Assembly: GCA_045863395.1 (NCBI GenBank)
Contig: BTVJ01000057.1
Span: 1 to 48,463, forward strand
Source of the DNA: Myxococcales bacterium
Lineage (GTDB): Bacteria; Myxococcota_A; UBA9042; JABWCM01; BTVJ01
Length of the DNA stretch: 48,463 nucleotides
Direction of reading: 5' to 3'
Part shown: positions 17,682 to 32,795 of the stretch, in pieces
Layout of the letters: each line of letters starts with the position of its first letter
Position numbering within the stretch: the stretch's first letter is position 1
Notes under the pieces: model-generated
Told to the model about the DNA's origin: nothing
The model's database searches: none
What the model saw: the letters and a program-made list of their open reading frames with translations, nothing else
Position numbers and translations under genes: made by a program

Positions 17682-17685
<4 letters not shown>
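17038..17685 (+). CDS. actA: Alternative complex III pentaheme cytochrome c
   Basis: N-terminal TM; CRYCH, CMNCH, CVECH, CLECH, CSGCH; QPVPFSH. Confidence 0.93.
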
Positions 17686-20711
<3,026 letters not shown>

Positions 20712-20712
20712 C

Positions 20713-22146
20713 ATGGCGCAAACGCTCGATCCGTCAGCGACCTACGATCCGGTGGACCGCCGGGCGCCGCTGGTGCTGGGGGACAAGGACTTCCACGCGA
20801 TCACCGAGACGGTGCTCGCGCCCGTCGAGTGGAAGACCCCCAAGACCTGGTACATCACCTTCGCCATCTCCCTGGCGCTGCTCGGCGTGCTCGGCATCAG
20901 CGTCGGCTACCTGATCTGGGAGGGCACCGGCATCTGGGGCCTGAACAACCCGGTGGGCTGGGGCTGGGCCATCGTCAACTTCGTGTTCTGGGTCGGCATC
21001 GGCCACGCCGGCACGCTGATCTCCGCCATCCTCTTCCTCTTCCGGCAGAAGTGGCGCACGTCCATCAACCGGTTCGCCGAGGCCATGACCATCTTCGCGG
21101 TCATGTGCGCGCTCCTCTTCCCGACCATCCATGTCGGCCGCATCTGGCTGCTCTACTGGGTGTTCCCGGTCCCGAACCAGATGGACGTGTGGCCCAACTT
21201 CCGGAGCCCGCTGCTCTGGGACGTCTTCGCGGTCTCCATCTATGGGACCGTGTCCATCCTCTTCTGGTACGTGGGCCTCATCCCGGACCTCGCGACCATC
21301 CGCGACCGGGCCAAGACCCGCATCCGCCGCATCGCCTACGGCATCTTCTCGCTGGGCTGGCGCGGCTCGAACCGCCACTGGCAGAACTACGAGTCGGCGT
21401 ACCTGATCCTCGCGGGCCTCTCGACGCCGCTCGTGCTCTCCGTGCACACCATCGTGTCCTTCGACTTCGCCGTGTCCCAGCTCCCGGGCTGGCACACCAC
21501 CATCTTCCCACCGTACTTCGTCGCGGGCGCCATCTTCTCCGGCTTCGCCATGGTGATCACGCTGATGGTGGTCGCCCGCAAGCTGTTCAACCTGCAGCAC
21601 CTGGTCACGCTCCGGCACTTCGAGAACATGGCGAAGATCATCCTGCTGACGGGCACCATCGTGGGCTACGCCTACGCCATGGAGTTCTTCATCGCCTGGT
21701 ACAGCGGCAACCCCTTCGAGTCCTTCGCCTTCGCCAACCGCGCCTTCGGCCCCTACGCCTGGGCCTACTGGATCATGGTGAGCTGCAACGTGATCTCTCC
21801 GCAGATCTTCTGGTTCAAGAAGGCGCGCACCAGCATCCCGATCCTGTTCACCGTGTCGATCTTCGTGAACATCGGCATGTGGTTCGAGCGCTTCGTCATC
21901 ACGGTGACGTCGCTGCACCGGGACTTCCTGCCGTCGAGCTGGGACTACTACTCCCCCACCGTCTGGGACATCGGCGCCTTCGTGGGCAGCTTCGGGTTGT
22001 TCTTCACCATGTTCCACCTCTTCGTGCGCTTCCTTCCCATGGTGGCCATGGCCGAGGTGAAGTCGGTGCTGCCCGCGGCGGACCCGCACCACGCCGAGGA
22101 GGGGCACGCGGCGCACGGGGCCCGCGCCACCGGAGGAGCGCACTGA
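20713..22146 (+). CDS. actC: Alternative complex III ActC (NrfD/PsrC-like)
   Basis: [43 protein letters not shown]; start ATG 20713 (or TTG 20704). Confidence 0.95.
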   Translation: MAQTLDPSATYDPVDRRAPLVLGDKDFHAITETVLAPVEWKTPKTWYITFAISLALLGVLGISVGYLIWEGTGIWGLNNPVGWGWAIVNFVFWVGIGHAGTLISAILFLFRQKWRTSINRFAEAMTIFAVMCALLFPTIHVGRIWLLYWVFPVPNQMDVWPNFRSPLLWDVFAVSIYGTVSILFWYVGLIPDLATIRDRAKTRIRRIAYGIFSLGWRGSNRHWQNYESAYLILAGLSTPLVLSVHTIVSFDFAVSQLPGWHTTIFPPYFVAGAIFSGFAMVITLMVVARKLFNLQHLVTLRHFENMAKIILLTGTIVGYAYAMEFFIAWYSGNPFESFAFANRAFGPYAWAYWIMVSCNVISPQIFWFKKARTSIPILFTVSIFVNIGMWFERFVITVTSLHRDFLPSSWDYYSPTVWDIGAFVGSFGLFFTMFHLFVRFLPMVAMAEVKSVLPAADPHHAEEGHAAHGARATGGAH

Positions 22147-22147
22147 C

Positions 22148-22687
22148 ATGGCGAAGCCGAAGAACATCTATGGGCTGCTCGCCCAGTTCGAGACGCCGCG
22201 GGACATCTTCCACGCGTGCGAGAACGTGCGGGACGCGGGCTTCAAGCAGTGGGACGCGCACACGCCGTTCCCGGTCCACGGGCTCGACGGGGCCATGGGC
22301 ATGCGGCGCTCGAAGCTCCCGTTCATCGTGCTCGTCGCGGGGCTGACGGGGGCCACGCTGGCGTTTGCCCTCCAGTGGTGGGTGAGCGTCGAGGCGCAGC
22401 CCATCGTCATCGCCGGCAAGCCGCTGTTCTCGTGGCCTGCGTTCGTGCCGGTGACCTTCGAGCTGGCGGTGCTGTTCGGCGCCTTGGGGGCCGTGCTCGG
22501 CATGCTGGGGCTCAACAAGCTCCCCCAGTTCTACCACTCCCTGTTCCGCTCCGAGCGGTTCGAGCGGGTGACGGACGACAAGTTCTTCATCTCCATCGAG
22601 GCGGCGGACCCCAAGTTCGATCTGGACGGCACGACCCGGTTCCTCCAGGGTCTGGGCGCCACCCACGTCGAAGTCGTGGAGAGCTGA
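22148..22687 (+). CDS. actD: Alternative complex III ActD (DUF3341)
   Basis: HTPFPVHGLD, GKPLFSWPAFVPVTFEL, TDDKFFI. Confidence 0.93.
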   Translation: MAKPKNIYGLLAQFETPRDIFHACENVRDAGFKQWDAHTPFPVHGLDGAMGMRRSKLPFIVLVAGLTGATLAFALQWWVSVEAQPIVIAGKPLFSWPAFVPVTFELAVLFGALGAVLGMLGLNKLPQFYHSLFRSERFERVTDDKFFISIEAADPKFDLDGTTRFLQGLGATHVEVVES

Positions 22688-22692
22688 GACCC

Positions 22693-23316
22693 ATGCGCAG
22701 AAACATCGCGACATTCATGGCTTGCGTCGCCCTCGCGGCCATCGCCACCGGCTGCAGGGGCCAGCGGTTCGAGGATCCTCCGATCCACCTGAACCCCAAC
22801 ATGGATCAGCAGGACCGCTTCGACCCCCAGGAGCCCAACCCGTTCTTCGCGGACAAGCGGGCCATGCGGCCGCAGGTCCCCGGCACCGTGGCGCGCGGCT
22901 CCCTCCACGAGGACGACCACCTGTACCGGGGGCGCGTCGGGGGCGAGCTCGTGACGACGCTTCCGGCGGGCATCGCGCTCGACAAGAAGCTGCTCGACCG
23001 CGGGCAGCAGCGGTACAACATCTACTGCGCCCCCTGCCACGACCAGTCGGGTGAGGGGCGGGGCATCATCGTGGAGCGCGGCCTGACGCCGCCGCCCACC
23101 TACCACTCGGACCGCATGCGCACCGCCCCGGTCGGATACATCTACGAGGTGATCAGCAACGGCATCCGCACCATGCCGTCCTACGCCTCGCAGATCCCCG
23201 TCGAGGACCGCTGGGCCATCGTCGCGTACGTGCGCGCCCTCCAGGTCGGCCGCGTGGCGTCCAGAGACCAGGTCCCCGGCGACATCGCCGCCTCCAAAGG
23301 ATGGGGTGTGAAGTGA
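22693..23316 (+). CDS. actE: Alternative complex III ActE monoheme cytochrome c lipoprotein
   Basis: Lipobox ATGC; MR.QVPGTVARG; YCAPCH; MPSY..QI..EDRWAIVAY. Confidence 0.93.
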   Translation: MRRNIATFMACVALAAIATGCRGQRFEDPPIHLNPNMDQQDRFDPQEPNPFFADKRAMRPQVPGTVARGSLHEDDHLYRGRVGGELVTTLPAGIALDKKLLDRGQQRYNIYCAPCHDQSGEGRGIIVERGLTPPPTYHSDRMRTAPVGYIYEVISNGIRTMPSYASQIPVEDRWAIVAYVRALQVGRVASRDQVPGDIAASKGWGVK

Positions 23317-24518
23317 GCCACGCACACGGCATCAAGGTCTCCGGCGACCAGGTCCGGATCCCCGCGGGCAGCCTGTGGGGCAAGCTGCACATCATCGGCG
23401 CCGTCGTCGGCGGAGCCGGCATCGCCGCCACCTTCGGGCTTGGCGCGTCCGACATGAAGCAGGCGTACTTCTCCTGGCTCGTGGCCTACGCCTTCTTCCT
23501 GAGCCTGGCGCTGGGGGGCCTGTTCTTCACCATCGTCCAGTTCGCGGCCCGCGCGGGCTGGAGCGTCGTCGTGCGGCGCTTCGCCGAGACCATGATGGCG
23601 ACGCTCCCCGTGTTCGTCCTGCTGTTCGCGCCCATCGCCCTGGGGCTCCACGACCTCTACCACTGGACCCATGACAATCCCGAGGACAAGATCCTCGCGG
23701 CCAAGTCTCCGTACCTGAACGAGCAGTTCTTCTACGTCCGGGCGGGCGTGTACTTCGCCGTCTGGACGCTGCTCTCGGTGTGGTTCTACCGGAAGTCCGT
23801 CGGGCAGGACACGAGCGGTGACCACGAGGTGACCCGCAAGCTCCAGATCGCGAGCGGGCCCGCCATCCTGCTGTTCGCGCTGACGCTGACCTTCGCGGCC
23901 TTCGACTGGCTGATGTCGCTCGACCCCCACTGGTACTCCACCATGTTCGGGGTGTACTACTTCGCCGGCACGGCGGTGACCACCTTCGCGTTCCTGGCGG
24001 TGCTCGCGGTCCTGACCCGCAGCTCCGGCATGCTCGACGGCATCCTGAGCACGGAGCACTTCCACGACCTCGGCAAGCTGACCTTCGGGTTCACGGTGTT
24101 CTGGACCTACATCGCGTTCTCCCAGTACTTCCTCATCTGGTACGCCAACATCCCAGAAGAGACCATCTGGTTCGCGCACCGCTGGGACAACGACTGGCGG
24201 GGAGTCACCACGCTGCTGGTGCTCGGGCACTTCGTGGTGCCGTTCTTCTTCCTGCTGCCGCGCACCATCAAGCGGAACCCCAAGACGCTGCTCCTCGGGG
24301 CCGGCCTCATGATCGTGATGCACGCCGTGGATCTGTACTGGCTCGTCATGCCGGTCCTGCACCACGAGGGGCCGCACTTCTCCGTGCTCGACCTGACCGC
24401 GTTCCTGGGCGTCGGTGGCGTGTTCTTCGCGGTCTTCGGCGCGCTGCTCCGCAAGCACGCCCTGATCCCCGTCAAGGACCCGCGGCTGCCCGAGTCCGTG
24501 TCCTTCCAGAACGTGTAG
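23313..24518 (+). CDS. actF: Alternative complex III ActF
   Basis: Polytopic; AGWSVVVRR, DWLMSLDPHWYSTMFG, HDLGKL, SQYFLIWYANIPEE; GTG start overlapping the actE stop. Confidence 0.93.
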   Translation: MSHAHGIKVSGDQVRIPAGSLWGKLHIIGAVVGGAGIAATFGLGASDMKQAYFSWLVAYAFFLSLALGGLFFTIVQFAARAGWSVVVRRFAETMMATLPVFVLLFAPIALGLHDLYHWTHDNPEDKILAAKSPYLNEQFFYVRAGVYFAVWTLLSVWFYRKSVGQDTSGDHEVTRKLQIASGPAILLFALTLTFAAFDWLMSLDPHWYSTMFGVYYFAGTAVTTFAFLAVLAVLTRSSGMLDGILSTEHFHDLGKLTFGFTVFWTYIAFSQYFLIWYANIPEETIWFAHRWDNDWRGVTTLLVLGHFVVPFFFLLPRTIKRNPKTLLLGAGLMIVMHAVDLYWLVMPVLHHEGPHFSVLDLTAFLGVGGVFFAVFGALLRKHALIPVKDPRLPESVSFQNV

Positions 24519-24530
24519 CGGAGGAGCCCC

Positions 24531-24980
24531 ATGCAGAACCAGGAGTTCGAGCCGCAGGAGTTTGGAGTGGGAGACCCCCATGCAGCGGAGGTCGGCATCG
24601 AGCCGGACCACCCCCCGACGCGAATGCTGTTCACCCAGCTCGTAGTGATGACCATCATCGTCGTCGTCATGGTGATCGCGCTGGTGGAGTACGTGAAGAT
24701 CGACGTGCGCGCCGAGGTGGAGCGAAAGGACCTCGCCCTGCCGAGTCAGCAGCTCAAGGAGCTGCGCGCCCGGGAGAAGGCGGCGCTCACCGGCTATGAG
24801 CTCCTGGACGCCGAGAAGGGGCTCTACCAGATCCCGGTAGCGCAGGCGATGTCGCGCCTCGTCGCGGAGCCGCAGCTCATCGTGCGCGTGCCGCCGGTCG
24901 GCGACGGCGGGCCCCTGTTCGAGCCCCCGAAGCCCCCCGGTGGGCCGGCCAGCGCTCCTGCTCCGCGGGGCGCCCACTGA
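24531..24980 (+). CDS. Single-TM protein, probable ActG-like subunit
   Basis: Lies after actF; one TM; LTGYELLD...YQIPVAQAM motif. Confidence 0.65.
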   Translation: MQNQEFEPQEFGVGDPHAAEVGIEPDHPPTRMLFTQLVVMTIIVVVMVIALVEYVKIDVRAEVERKDLALPSQQLKELRAREKAALTGYELLDAEKGLYQIPVAQAMSRLVAEPQLIVRVPPVGDGGPLFEPPKPPGGPASAPAPRGAH

Positions 24981-25801
24981 TGCGACCGACGCATGCCGGC
25001 CTCCAGAGCGCGCTCCTCGCGACGCTCGCGCTGAGCGCCGGACAGGTGCGCGCAGAGGAGACCCTGCCGCGCGAGCTGGAGGGCGTGGGTGTGGAGGAGC
25101 GCCTCGGGGCGATGATCGACCCCGACCTGCCCTTCACGGACCACACGGGCGCTCGGGTGACCCTCGGCAAGTACCTGGACGACGGCATTCCCGTGCTGCT
25201 GACCCTGAACTACTACCGCTGCAAGATGCTCTGCAACCTGCAGCTCAACGCGGTCGTGGAGGGGCTCAAGGGGCTGGAGTGGAAGCCCGGCGAGAACTTC
25301 CGCATCGTGACCATCAGCATCGACCCGCGGGAGGGGTGGGAGCTCGGGCGGGACAAGCGGGCCTCCTATCTGGAGACCCTGGGGCGCGGGGAGGTGGACT
25401 GGAGCTTCCTCGTCGGCCGGGACGAGGACGTCCGCACCGTCGCCCGGACCGTGGGCTTCAGCTACAAGTACGACCAGGAGCAGGACCAGTACGCCCACAC
25501 GGCCGCCATCTTCTTCCTCTCGCCCGAGGGCAAGGTCTCCCGCTACCTGTACGGGGTGGACTACCCGAGCCAGAGCCTGAAGTTCGCGCTGATGGAGGCC
25601 TCGGAGGGCCGCATCGGGACGACCATCGACAAGGTCATCCTGAGCTGCTTCCACTATGACTCGTCGATCGGTGCCTACGGGCCATTCGCATTTGGGATCA
25701 TGCGGCTCGGCGCCGCGCTGACAGCCACCCTGCTCATCGGGTGGCTGGGCGTGATGTTCGCGCGAGACCGCCTGCGCCGGCGCGCGGAGGACGGGATTTG
25801 A
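24980..25801 (+). CDS. SCO family protein (caa3-operon type)
   Basis: YYRCKMLC (CxxxC), ISIDP, YAH, SRYLYG, C-terminal TM. Confidence 0.9.
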   Translation: MRPTHAGLQSALLATLALSAGQVRAEETLPRELEGVGVEERLGAMIDPDLPFTDHTGARVTLGKYLDDGIPVLLTLNYYRCKMLCNLQLNAVVEGLKGLEWKPGENFRIVTISIDPREGWELGRDKRASYLETLGRGEVDWSFLVGRDEDVRTVARTVGFSYKYDQEQDQYAHTAAIFFLSPEGKVSRYLYGVDYPSQSLKFALMEASEGRIGTTIDKVILSCFHYDSSIGAYGPFAFGIMRLGAALTATLLIGWLGVMFARDRLRRRAEDGI

Positions 25802-26787
25802 ACCTGAGCAGTCTCATCACGACACTGGCGGACGCGACGAAGGGCGGGGTGTGGATGCCCCCCCAGGCGTCCACCCTGTCCGGAGAGGTGGACAGCCTCT
25901 TCTTCTTCATCTTCTGGCTGTGCGTCTTCTTCTTCGTGGGCATCGTGGGAGCCACCGTGTACTTCGTCGTGAAGTACCGGCGGCGCTCCGCGGCCCAGCG
26001 GACGAGCGGCGTCAAGGGAAACCGCCGCATCGAGATCCTCTGGAGCGTGATCCCGTCCATCCTGCTGCTGGCGATCTTCGCGTGGGGCTTCCGCACCTAC
26101 GTGAAGATGAGCGTCGCGCCCGGCGACTCCATCAACATCCGCGTGACGGGGCAGAAGTGGTTCTGGGCCTTCGACTACCCGCGCGACGGCATCAACACCG
26201 ACGAGCTGGTGGTCCCGGTGGGGCGGCCGGTCAAGCTGACCATGTCGTCGAGGGACGTGATCCACAGCTTCTACGTGCCCGCCTTCCGCATCAAGAAGGA
26301 CGTGCTGCCCAACAGGTACACGCAGGTGTGGTTCCAGGCCGAGCACACGGGCGAGTTCCACGTCTTCTGCGCCGAGTACTGCGGGTCCGCCCACTCGGAG
26401 ATGCGCGCCCGCGTGCGCGTGGTCACCGACCAGCAGTACCAGGACTGGATCGACTCGGGCGGGGGCCTGGGCGGTGAGGGGATGTCGTCGGCGGAGTTCG
26501 GCGCGCTGGTCTTCGAGAAGAAGGGCTGCGGCAAGTGCCACACCGTGGACGGCTCCAAGTTGACGGGCCCGACCATGAAGGGGCTGTTCGGGAGGACGGA
26601 GCACTTCACGGACGGGTCGTCCCAGGTCGTGGACGACAACTACATCCGCGAGTCCATCATGGAGCCCCAGAAGAAGATCGTGCAGGGCTACGAGCCCGTC
26701 ATGCCCACGTTCAAGGGCCTGCTGAAGGACAAGCAGACGGACGCCCTCATCGACTACATCAAGTCGCTGGGCGAAGAGCAGAAGTAG
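25798..26787 (+). CDS. coxB: Cytochrome c oxidase subunit II with fused cytochrome c (caa3 type)
   Basis: Two TMs; DVIHSF; CuA motif [17 protein letters not shown]...MP; TTG start at 25798. Confidence 0.95.
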   Translation: MNLSSLITTLADATKGGVWMPPQASTLSGEVDSLFFFIFWLCVFFFVGIVGATVYFVVKYRRRSAAQRTSGVKGNRRIEILWSVIPSILLLAIFAWGFRTYVKMSVAPGDSINIRVTGQKWFWAFDYPRDGINTDELVVPVGRPVKLTMSSRDVIHSFYVPAFRIKKDVLPNRYTQVWFQAEHTGEFHVFCAEYCGSAHSEMRARVRVVTDQQYQDWIDSGGGLGGEGMSSAEFGALVFEKKGCGKCHTVDGSKLTGPTMKGLFGRTEHFTDGSSQVVDDNYIRESIMEPQKKIVQGYEPVMPTFKGLLKDKQTDALIDYIKSLGEEQK

Positions 26788-26833
26788 GCGGGCAGCGGGC
26801 GCCGGAGTCGGGGCCCCAACCGTGAGGAGATTC

Positions 26834-28474
<1,641 letters not shown>

Positions 28475-28478
28475 GCAC

Positions 28479-29144
28479 ATGAGCACGGCCCATTCCGCGG
28501 AGGCGGCCCACGAGCACCCGCCGGGGCTCCAGCACCACTTCCACACGCCCGAGCAGCAGCGCTCGTCCGCCAAGCTCGGCATGTGGGTGTTCCTCGCGCA
28601 GGAGATCCTGTTCTTCGGCGGCCTGTTCATGGCCTACGCCGCGTACCGGTTCTTCTACCCGGAGACCTTCCTGGAGGCCCACGAGCACCTGTCCATCCCC
28701 ATGGGCGGCACCAACACGCTCGTGCTGATCACCAGCTCGCTGACCATGGCGCTCGCGGTGCGCGCGGCGCAGACCGGCGACCAGCGGAAGCTCCTCTTGA
28801 ACCTGGCGTGGACCTTCCTGTTCGCGTGCGTCTTCCTCGTGATCAAGTACTTCGAGTACTCGGCCAAGTTCGAGCACGGGCTCCTGCCCGGCAAGTTCTA
28901 CGCGGCCCACGAGCACATCGCCGGCGAGCCGCAGATCTTCTTCGGGCTGTACTTCGTCATGACCGGCTTGCACGGCCTGCACGTCCTCGCCGGCATGGTG
29001 GTGATCGCCTGGGTGTTCATCCGCGCGAGGCAGGGGCGCTACAGCCCCGCGTACTTCACGCCGGTCGAGAACGTGGGCCTCTACTGGCACCTCGTGGACC
29101 TGATCTGGATCTTCCTGTTCCCCCTCTTGTACCTGGTGAAGTAG
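28479..29144 (+). CDS. coxC: Cytochrome c oxidase subunit III
   Basis: [44 protein letters not shown]. Confidence 0.95.
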   Translation: MSTAHSAEAAHEHPPGLQHHFHTPEQQRSSAKLGMWVFLAQEILFFGGLFMAYAAYRFFYPETFLEAHEHLSIPMGGTNTLVLITSSLTMALAVRAAQTGDQRKLLLNLAWTFLFACVFLVIKYFEYSAKFEHGLLPGKFYAAHEHIAGEPQIFFGLYFVMTGLHGLHVLAGMVVIAWVFIRARQGRYSPAYFTPVENVGLYWHLVDLIWIFLFPLLYLVK

Positions 29145-29156
29145 GGAGCGCACACG

Positions 29157-29720
29157 ATGGCACACACCGAGCAAACGGGCGCGGCTGACCACCCGCACTT
29201 CCACCATCGGGAGCACCACGTCATCCCGCTGAGCACCTACTATGGGGTGTACGGCGCGCTGCTCGTGCTGACGGTCGCAACGGTGGGCGTGAGCTACGCC
29301 AACCTGGGGGCGGCCTCCCTCATGGTCGCCATGGCGGTCGCGGTGGTGAAGGCGGCGCTGGTCGCCGGCTACTTCATGCACCTCAAGTACGACGAGAAGT
29401 TCAACAGCTTCGTGTTCTTCTCGTCCATCCTGTTCCTGGCGATCATGTTCGTGCTGACGCTCGCCGACCTCGGCACCCGCGGCCTCGTGGACCCGGAGCT
29501 CGACAACTTCGCGCTCCGGCGGGACCAGGCGGCCCAGCTTCGCATGGACGAGGCGGCGGCGGCTGCCGCGGCTGCTGGTGCCCCCGCGGAGGGCGGCGCA
29601 GCGGGTGGTGCGCCGGCGCCCGAGGGGGCCGCGCCCGCGCAGGGAGCCCCGGCACCGCAGGGAGCCCCGGCACCGCAGGGAGCCCCGCCCGTCGCGCCGA
29701 CGCCGTCGCCGAGCCCCTGA
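29157..29720 (+). CDS. coxD: Cytochrome c oxidase subunit IV with Ala/Pro-rich tail
   Basis: LLVLT.AT, KAALVAGYFMHLKY; His-rich N-terminus; QGAPAP repeats at the C-terminus. Confidence 0.9.
   Translation: MAHTEQTGAADHPHFHHREHHVIPLSTYYGVYGALLVLTVATVGVSYANLGAASLMVAMAVAVVKAALVAGYFMHLKYDEKFNSFVFFSSILFLAIMFVLTLADLGTRGLVDPELDNFALRRDQAAQLRMDEAAAAAAAAGAPAEGGAAGGAPAPEGAAPAQGAPAPQGAPAPQGAPPVAPTPSPSP
29639..29688 (+). repeat. In-frame 18-bp tandem repeat (QGAPAP)
   Basis: GCAGGGAGCCCCGGCACC twice plus a partial third copy. Confidence 0.8.
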
Positions 29721-30080
29721 CCCTCCCCGGAGCCGGAAGGCTGCGAGTGCAGCGCCGATCTCGTCGAAGCGAGCGCATGGAGACAAGCCCCTGACCGCAG
29801 TGCCGCCTGCCATCCCTCCTCCACCCTCCTCGTCCACGCAGCCAGCTCTCCCGTCGGCGGCGAAGCTGAGGGCGATGATCGCGCAGATCACGCCGATCTC
29901 GAGGAAGGTGGCGGGGAGGAGCTCCTTCTGAACGAGCGCCTCCGATGGTGCCTGTGTGGACCGAAGCACAGGCCACCTGCGCGGTGAGCTCCATTCGAAG
30001 CGCTTCGTGAGAGTGGGCGGCGGTCTCTCTCCCCGCAACCGATGGGGGCACGGTCAGCGAACGCCATGGCGTGTGCCCGA

Positions 30081-30115
30081 TTGATCCTGGTAGCGCCGGT
30101 AGCTACATTGACCGC
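30081..30115 (+). promoter_or_regulatory. Leaderless-type promoter and probable operator of TA pair 1
   Basis: TTGATC-N17-TACATT-N6-ATG(30116); GGTAGC twice and palindrome GTAGCTAC overlapping the -10. Confidence 0.65.
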
Positions 30116-30418
30116 ATGAAGGCGGTCGGGATCAAGACCTTGAAGAATGAGTTGAGCCGGTACCTGCAGCTCGTGCGTCGCGGCGAGGTCGTGCTTGTCC
30201 TCGACCGGGACGAGGTCGTCGCGGAGCTGCGCCAACCCTCGGTCCTGGGTCCACACGGCGGTGACAGGTACGAGGCTGCCCTTGCGGTCCTGGAGGCGGA
30301 GGGGGTTGTCAGGCGGGCCCTCGGTCCGGGCCCGTCACCCTCCGATGTCGTCGCAGCGCTGACGCAAGTTCCCGATGTGGAAGAGATTCTTCGAGAGGTG
30401 GGGGGTGACCGCTTCTGA
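30116..30418 (+). CDS. Phd/YefM-family antitoxin
   Basis: MKAVGIKTLKNELSRYLQLVRRGEVVLV.DR..VVAEL. Confidence 0.88.
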   Translation: MKAVGIKTLKNELSRYLQLVRRGEVVLVLDRDEVVAELRQPSVLGPHGGDRYEAALAVLEAEGVVRRALGPGPSPSDVVAALTQVPDVEEILREVGGDRF

Positions 30419-30863
30419 CCCGGCCTTCATCGACAGCAGCGTCGTCCTCTCCATTCTGCTGGGACAACCGCAGGCGCGAGAGGCAGCGGCGCTGTGGGAC
30501 GCACATCCCCGCCGCGCCGCGTCGATCCTCCTGGAGGCGGAGTGTCGGACCGTACTTCGGCGAACCGCACGCGCTCGGGCCACGGTCCTTCCGCCCGATT
30601 GGCGGCCCTCGAGCGAGCGGTTGCTCGAAGAGTGGCTCGAGTCGGTCTCACTCCACGCGGTCACTCCCAAGGTCGTCGCCCGGCTCGGTGCGGAGCATGT
30701 CCTTGGAGGGTGTCGTACGCTCGACGCCTTGCACCTGTCGACCGCGCTGCTGCTCCGCGACCGCGTCGGGGCCGATCTCGTCCTGATCACGTTCGACCGG
30801 GACATGGCCGAGATGGCACGTTCCTTGGGCTTCGTCGTTCGAGGCGTCCCGGACGGGCTGTGA
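30405..30863 (+). CDS. vapC: VapC PIN-domain toxin
   Basis: FIDSS, E in LEAECR, RTLDALHL, TFD; GTG start overlapping the antitoxin. Confidence 0.88.
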   Translation: MTASDPAFIDSSVVLSILLGQPQAREAAALWDAHPRRAASILLEAECRTVLRRTARARATVLPPDWRPSSERLLEEWLESVSLHAVTPKVVARLGAEHVLGGCRTLDALHLSTALLLRDRVGADLVLITFDRDMAEMARSLGFVVRGVPDGL

Positions 30864-31046
30864 GCCCGCAGAGCCAGGTCCACCACGATCAGCGTAGTAG
30901 AGGAGGACCTCGCCGGAGGAGCGGTCTCTGATCGCTTTCAGCTCCTGGATGGGCGCATCCAACCAGCTCCGCGACGGTCCGACCTGCGCGGACACCTCGG
31001 GTGCCCCCCTGTTCATCGCGACGAGCCCGCGCTGGCGCCTGGACGG

Positions 31047-31081
31047 TGGACTCCCGTCGGACCGAGGGCTATGGTGTCCGC
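31047..31081 (+). promoter_or_regulatory. Leaderless-type promoter of pair 2
   Basis: TGGACT-N17-TATGGT-N6-ATG(31082); imperfect palindrome CCCGTCGGACCGAGGG in the spacer. Confidence 0.55.
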
Positions 31082-31324
31082 ATGAGCGTGACCCAGCAGG
31101 ATCGGGACTACATGCGGCGCATCGGCGCCTACAAGGCGCTGTCCCATGCGGAGGCTGCGGCCGCCCACGCCGCCCTGTCGCTGACGGAGCGGCTGCGTGA
31201 GAGCTGGGCGCTGTCGCTGCGCGCCTCTCCACTGCCTGCTGGTGAAGCGGACTGCGACGCGGGGGACCCTGACGAGCTGCGCTTCTACGAGCGGGCGCGT
31301 GCGCTCGGCCTCTGCGATCCGTGA
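31082..31324 (+). CDS. 80-aa hypothetical protein, probable partner/antitoxin of the nucleotidyltransferase
   Basis: Promoter-proximal ATG; LSLTERL motif; GTGA overlap with the next gene. Confidence 0.65.
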   Translation: MSVTQQDRDYMRRIGAYKALSHAEAAAAHAALSLTERLRESWALSLRASPLPAGEADCDAGDPDELRFYERARALGLCDP

Positions 31325-31835
31325 GTCCCCTCGACCTCGACGCCATCTACCGTCTGTTCGACGCCGCCGGCGTGCCGTGGGCGCTCATCGGTGGTCACGC
31401 GGTCAACGCGTGGGTGGAGCCCCGCGCCACCGCCGACGTGGACGTTGTGCCGCGGACTCCGCGGGTCTCGAGCGCCTGCGCGCCGTCTTCGCTGGGCTCG
31501 GGCCGGAGCGCGTGCACGGCGCCACGGCGCCCTCGGGGCCGGACTTCCTTCGATACGTGTCGGATGACCGTCGGGTCGTGGTCGAGATCCAGACGGCCAA
31601 GACCCGACTCCAGCGCGACACATTGCGGCGGGCCGTGCGGCAGGGAGATGCGTGCGTCGCCACTCCTGAGGACCTGCTCGTGATGAAGCTGATCGCCTTC
31701 AGGACCAAGGACCGAGCGGACCTCATTGCCCTCGTGAGTCTCCCGGGGCTCGACTGGCCCTATGTCGAGGACCACGCGCGGGAGTGGGGTGTCCTGGAGC
31801 GTCTGGCCCGCCTGCGCGCCGCGCTCTCGCTGTGA
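31321..31835 (+). pseudogene. Frameshifted nucleotidyltransferase (AbiEii/DUF6036-like)
   Basis: ALIGGHAV...PRATADVDV in one frame, continuing after about 31448 in another frame to ATPEDLLVMKL...KDRADL. Confidence 0.8.
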
Positions 31836-31975
31836 GGAGCCGACTGCAGGAGCTTCGGGACACGTTCCACGGCACCACCACTGCGGTCTGGACAACACTC
31901 CCCCTGGACCAGTAAGTCGCTATTGAACAGTCGTTGGCTCGGCTTGGCGTTGTGGTCGAGCCCCGCAGTCCGTCG

Positions 31976-32374
31976 TCAGCACACCACCGTCACCAGCCCA
32001 CTGGACTGGATGCGCGAATCGAGGGTGAGCAGCGGCAGGCCAAGGACTCGTGCGGTGGAGACGATGAGGCGGTCTCCCGGGTCCCGGTGGAAGCTGTCCG
32101 GCAGCGCGGCGACCTCGGCGGCAATGGCCGCGTCGATGGGGGTGACCCGTACAAGGGGAGCAGCCACTGCCCGGGCGAGCCACGATCCCAAGGGGATGGT
32201 GGGGCGGAGACGCCCGAGTGAGACGAGCGTGGCGATCTCCCACAGGCAGATGTCCGGGACGAGCAGTGGAGACTCTGCTGACACAGTGGCCAGGGCCTCC
32301 GCCATGCGGGGAGTGAGCCGGGTCGGCTCGCTGGTCCACCAGACCAGGACGTGCGTGTCTGCCACGTAGCTCAT
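31976..32374 (-). CDS. vapC: VapC PIN-domain toxin
   Basis: YVADTHVLVWW, LWEI, HRDPGDRLIVSTA, LLTLD. Confidence 0.92.
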   Translation of the reverse strand: MSYVADTHVLVWWTSEPTRLTPRMAEALATVSAESPLLVPDICLWEIATLVSLGRLRPTIPLGSWLARAVAAPLVRVTPIDAAIAAEVAALPDSFHRDPGDRLIVSTARVLGLPLLTLDSRIQSSGLVTVVC

Positions 32375-32607
32375 CTGACCTCGGCCTCCCAAGCACCCGG
32401 GGGCAGTGGTGGCTCGATCAGGTCATCCATGGCCGACATCGTGCCGATGAGCGTGGCCTGTGGCGAGTCGACGTGCGCCGTCACCGGGACCAACCGCGCG
32501 ACAGCCCGACCGCGCTTGAGGATCAGGATCTCCTCGCCCGTGTCGGCCACCTCGTCCAGCAGAGCCAGGCAGCGGGTCTTGAACTCGGTCGCAGGCAGGG
32601 TCTTCAT
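32371..32607 (-). CDS. Phd/YefM-family antitoxin
   Basis: ATEFKTRCLALLDEV..TGEEILILKRGRAVARLVP. Confidence 0.92.
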   Translation of the reverse strand: MKTLPATEFKTRCLALLDEVADTGEEILILKRGRAVARLVPVTAHVDSPQATLIGTMSAMDDLIEPPLPPGAWEAEVR

Positions 32608-32642
32608 GTGACCAGTCTTGGTGACCAGTTTCGCGTTGTCAA
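32608..32642 (-). promoter_or_regulatory. Leaderless-type promoter with tandem operator repeats (pair 3)
   Basis: Minus strand TTGACA-N17-AAGACT-N6-ATG; GTGACCAGT at 32608-32616 and 32621-32629. Confidence 0.7.
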
Positions 32643-32684
32643 CACGAACGAGGCCCAGGGGCGCTGGCGTGCGGAGAACACAGG

Positions 32685-32795
32685 CGGCCTGCCGCCTACG
32701 CTCACTGGCGTTGCCGGCGTCCTCCTGGCCGGCGGCCTGCTCACCCTCGCGTCAATCATCGGCGTCATCATGCTGTTCGGCATCGCGACGCACAG
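32685..32795 (+). pseudogene. Short fragment resembling a CzcA/CusA RND efflux C-terminal TM region
   Basis: LPPTLTGVAGVLLAGGLLTLASIIGVIMLFGIATH resembles the LP.ALIGG...LSIAS.VGFI.LFGIA.RN segment of HME-RND pumps; no start or rest of gene. Confidence 0.55.

Noticed and set aside
29560..29720. Ala/Pro repeat tail of CoxD as a novel domain
   Set aside because: Looks like an ordinary low-complexity tail produced by short in-frame duplications
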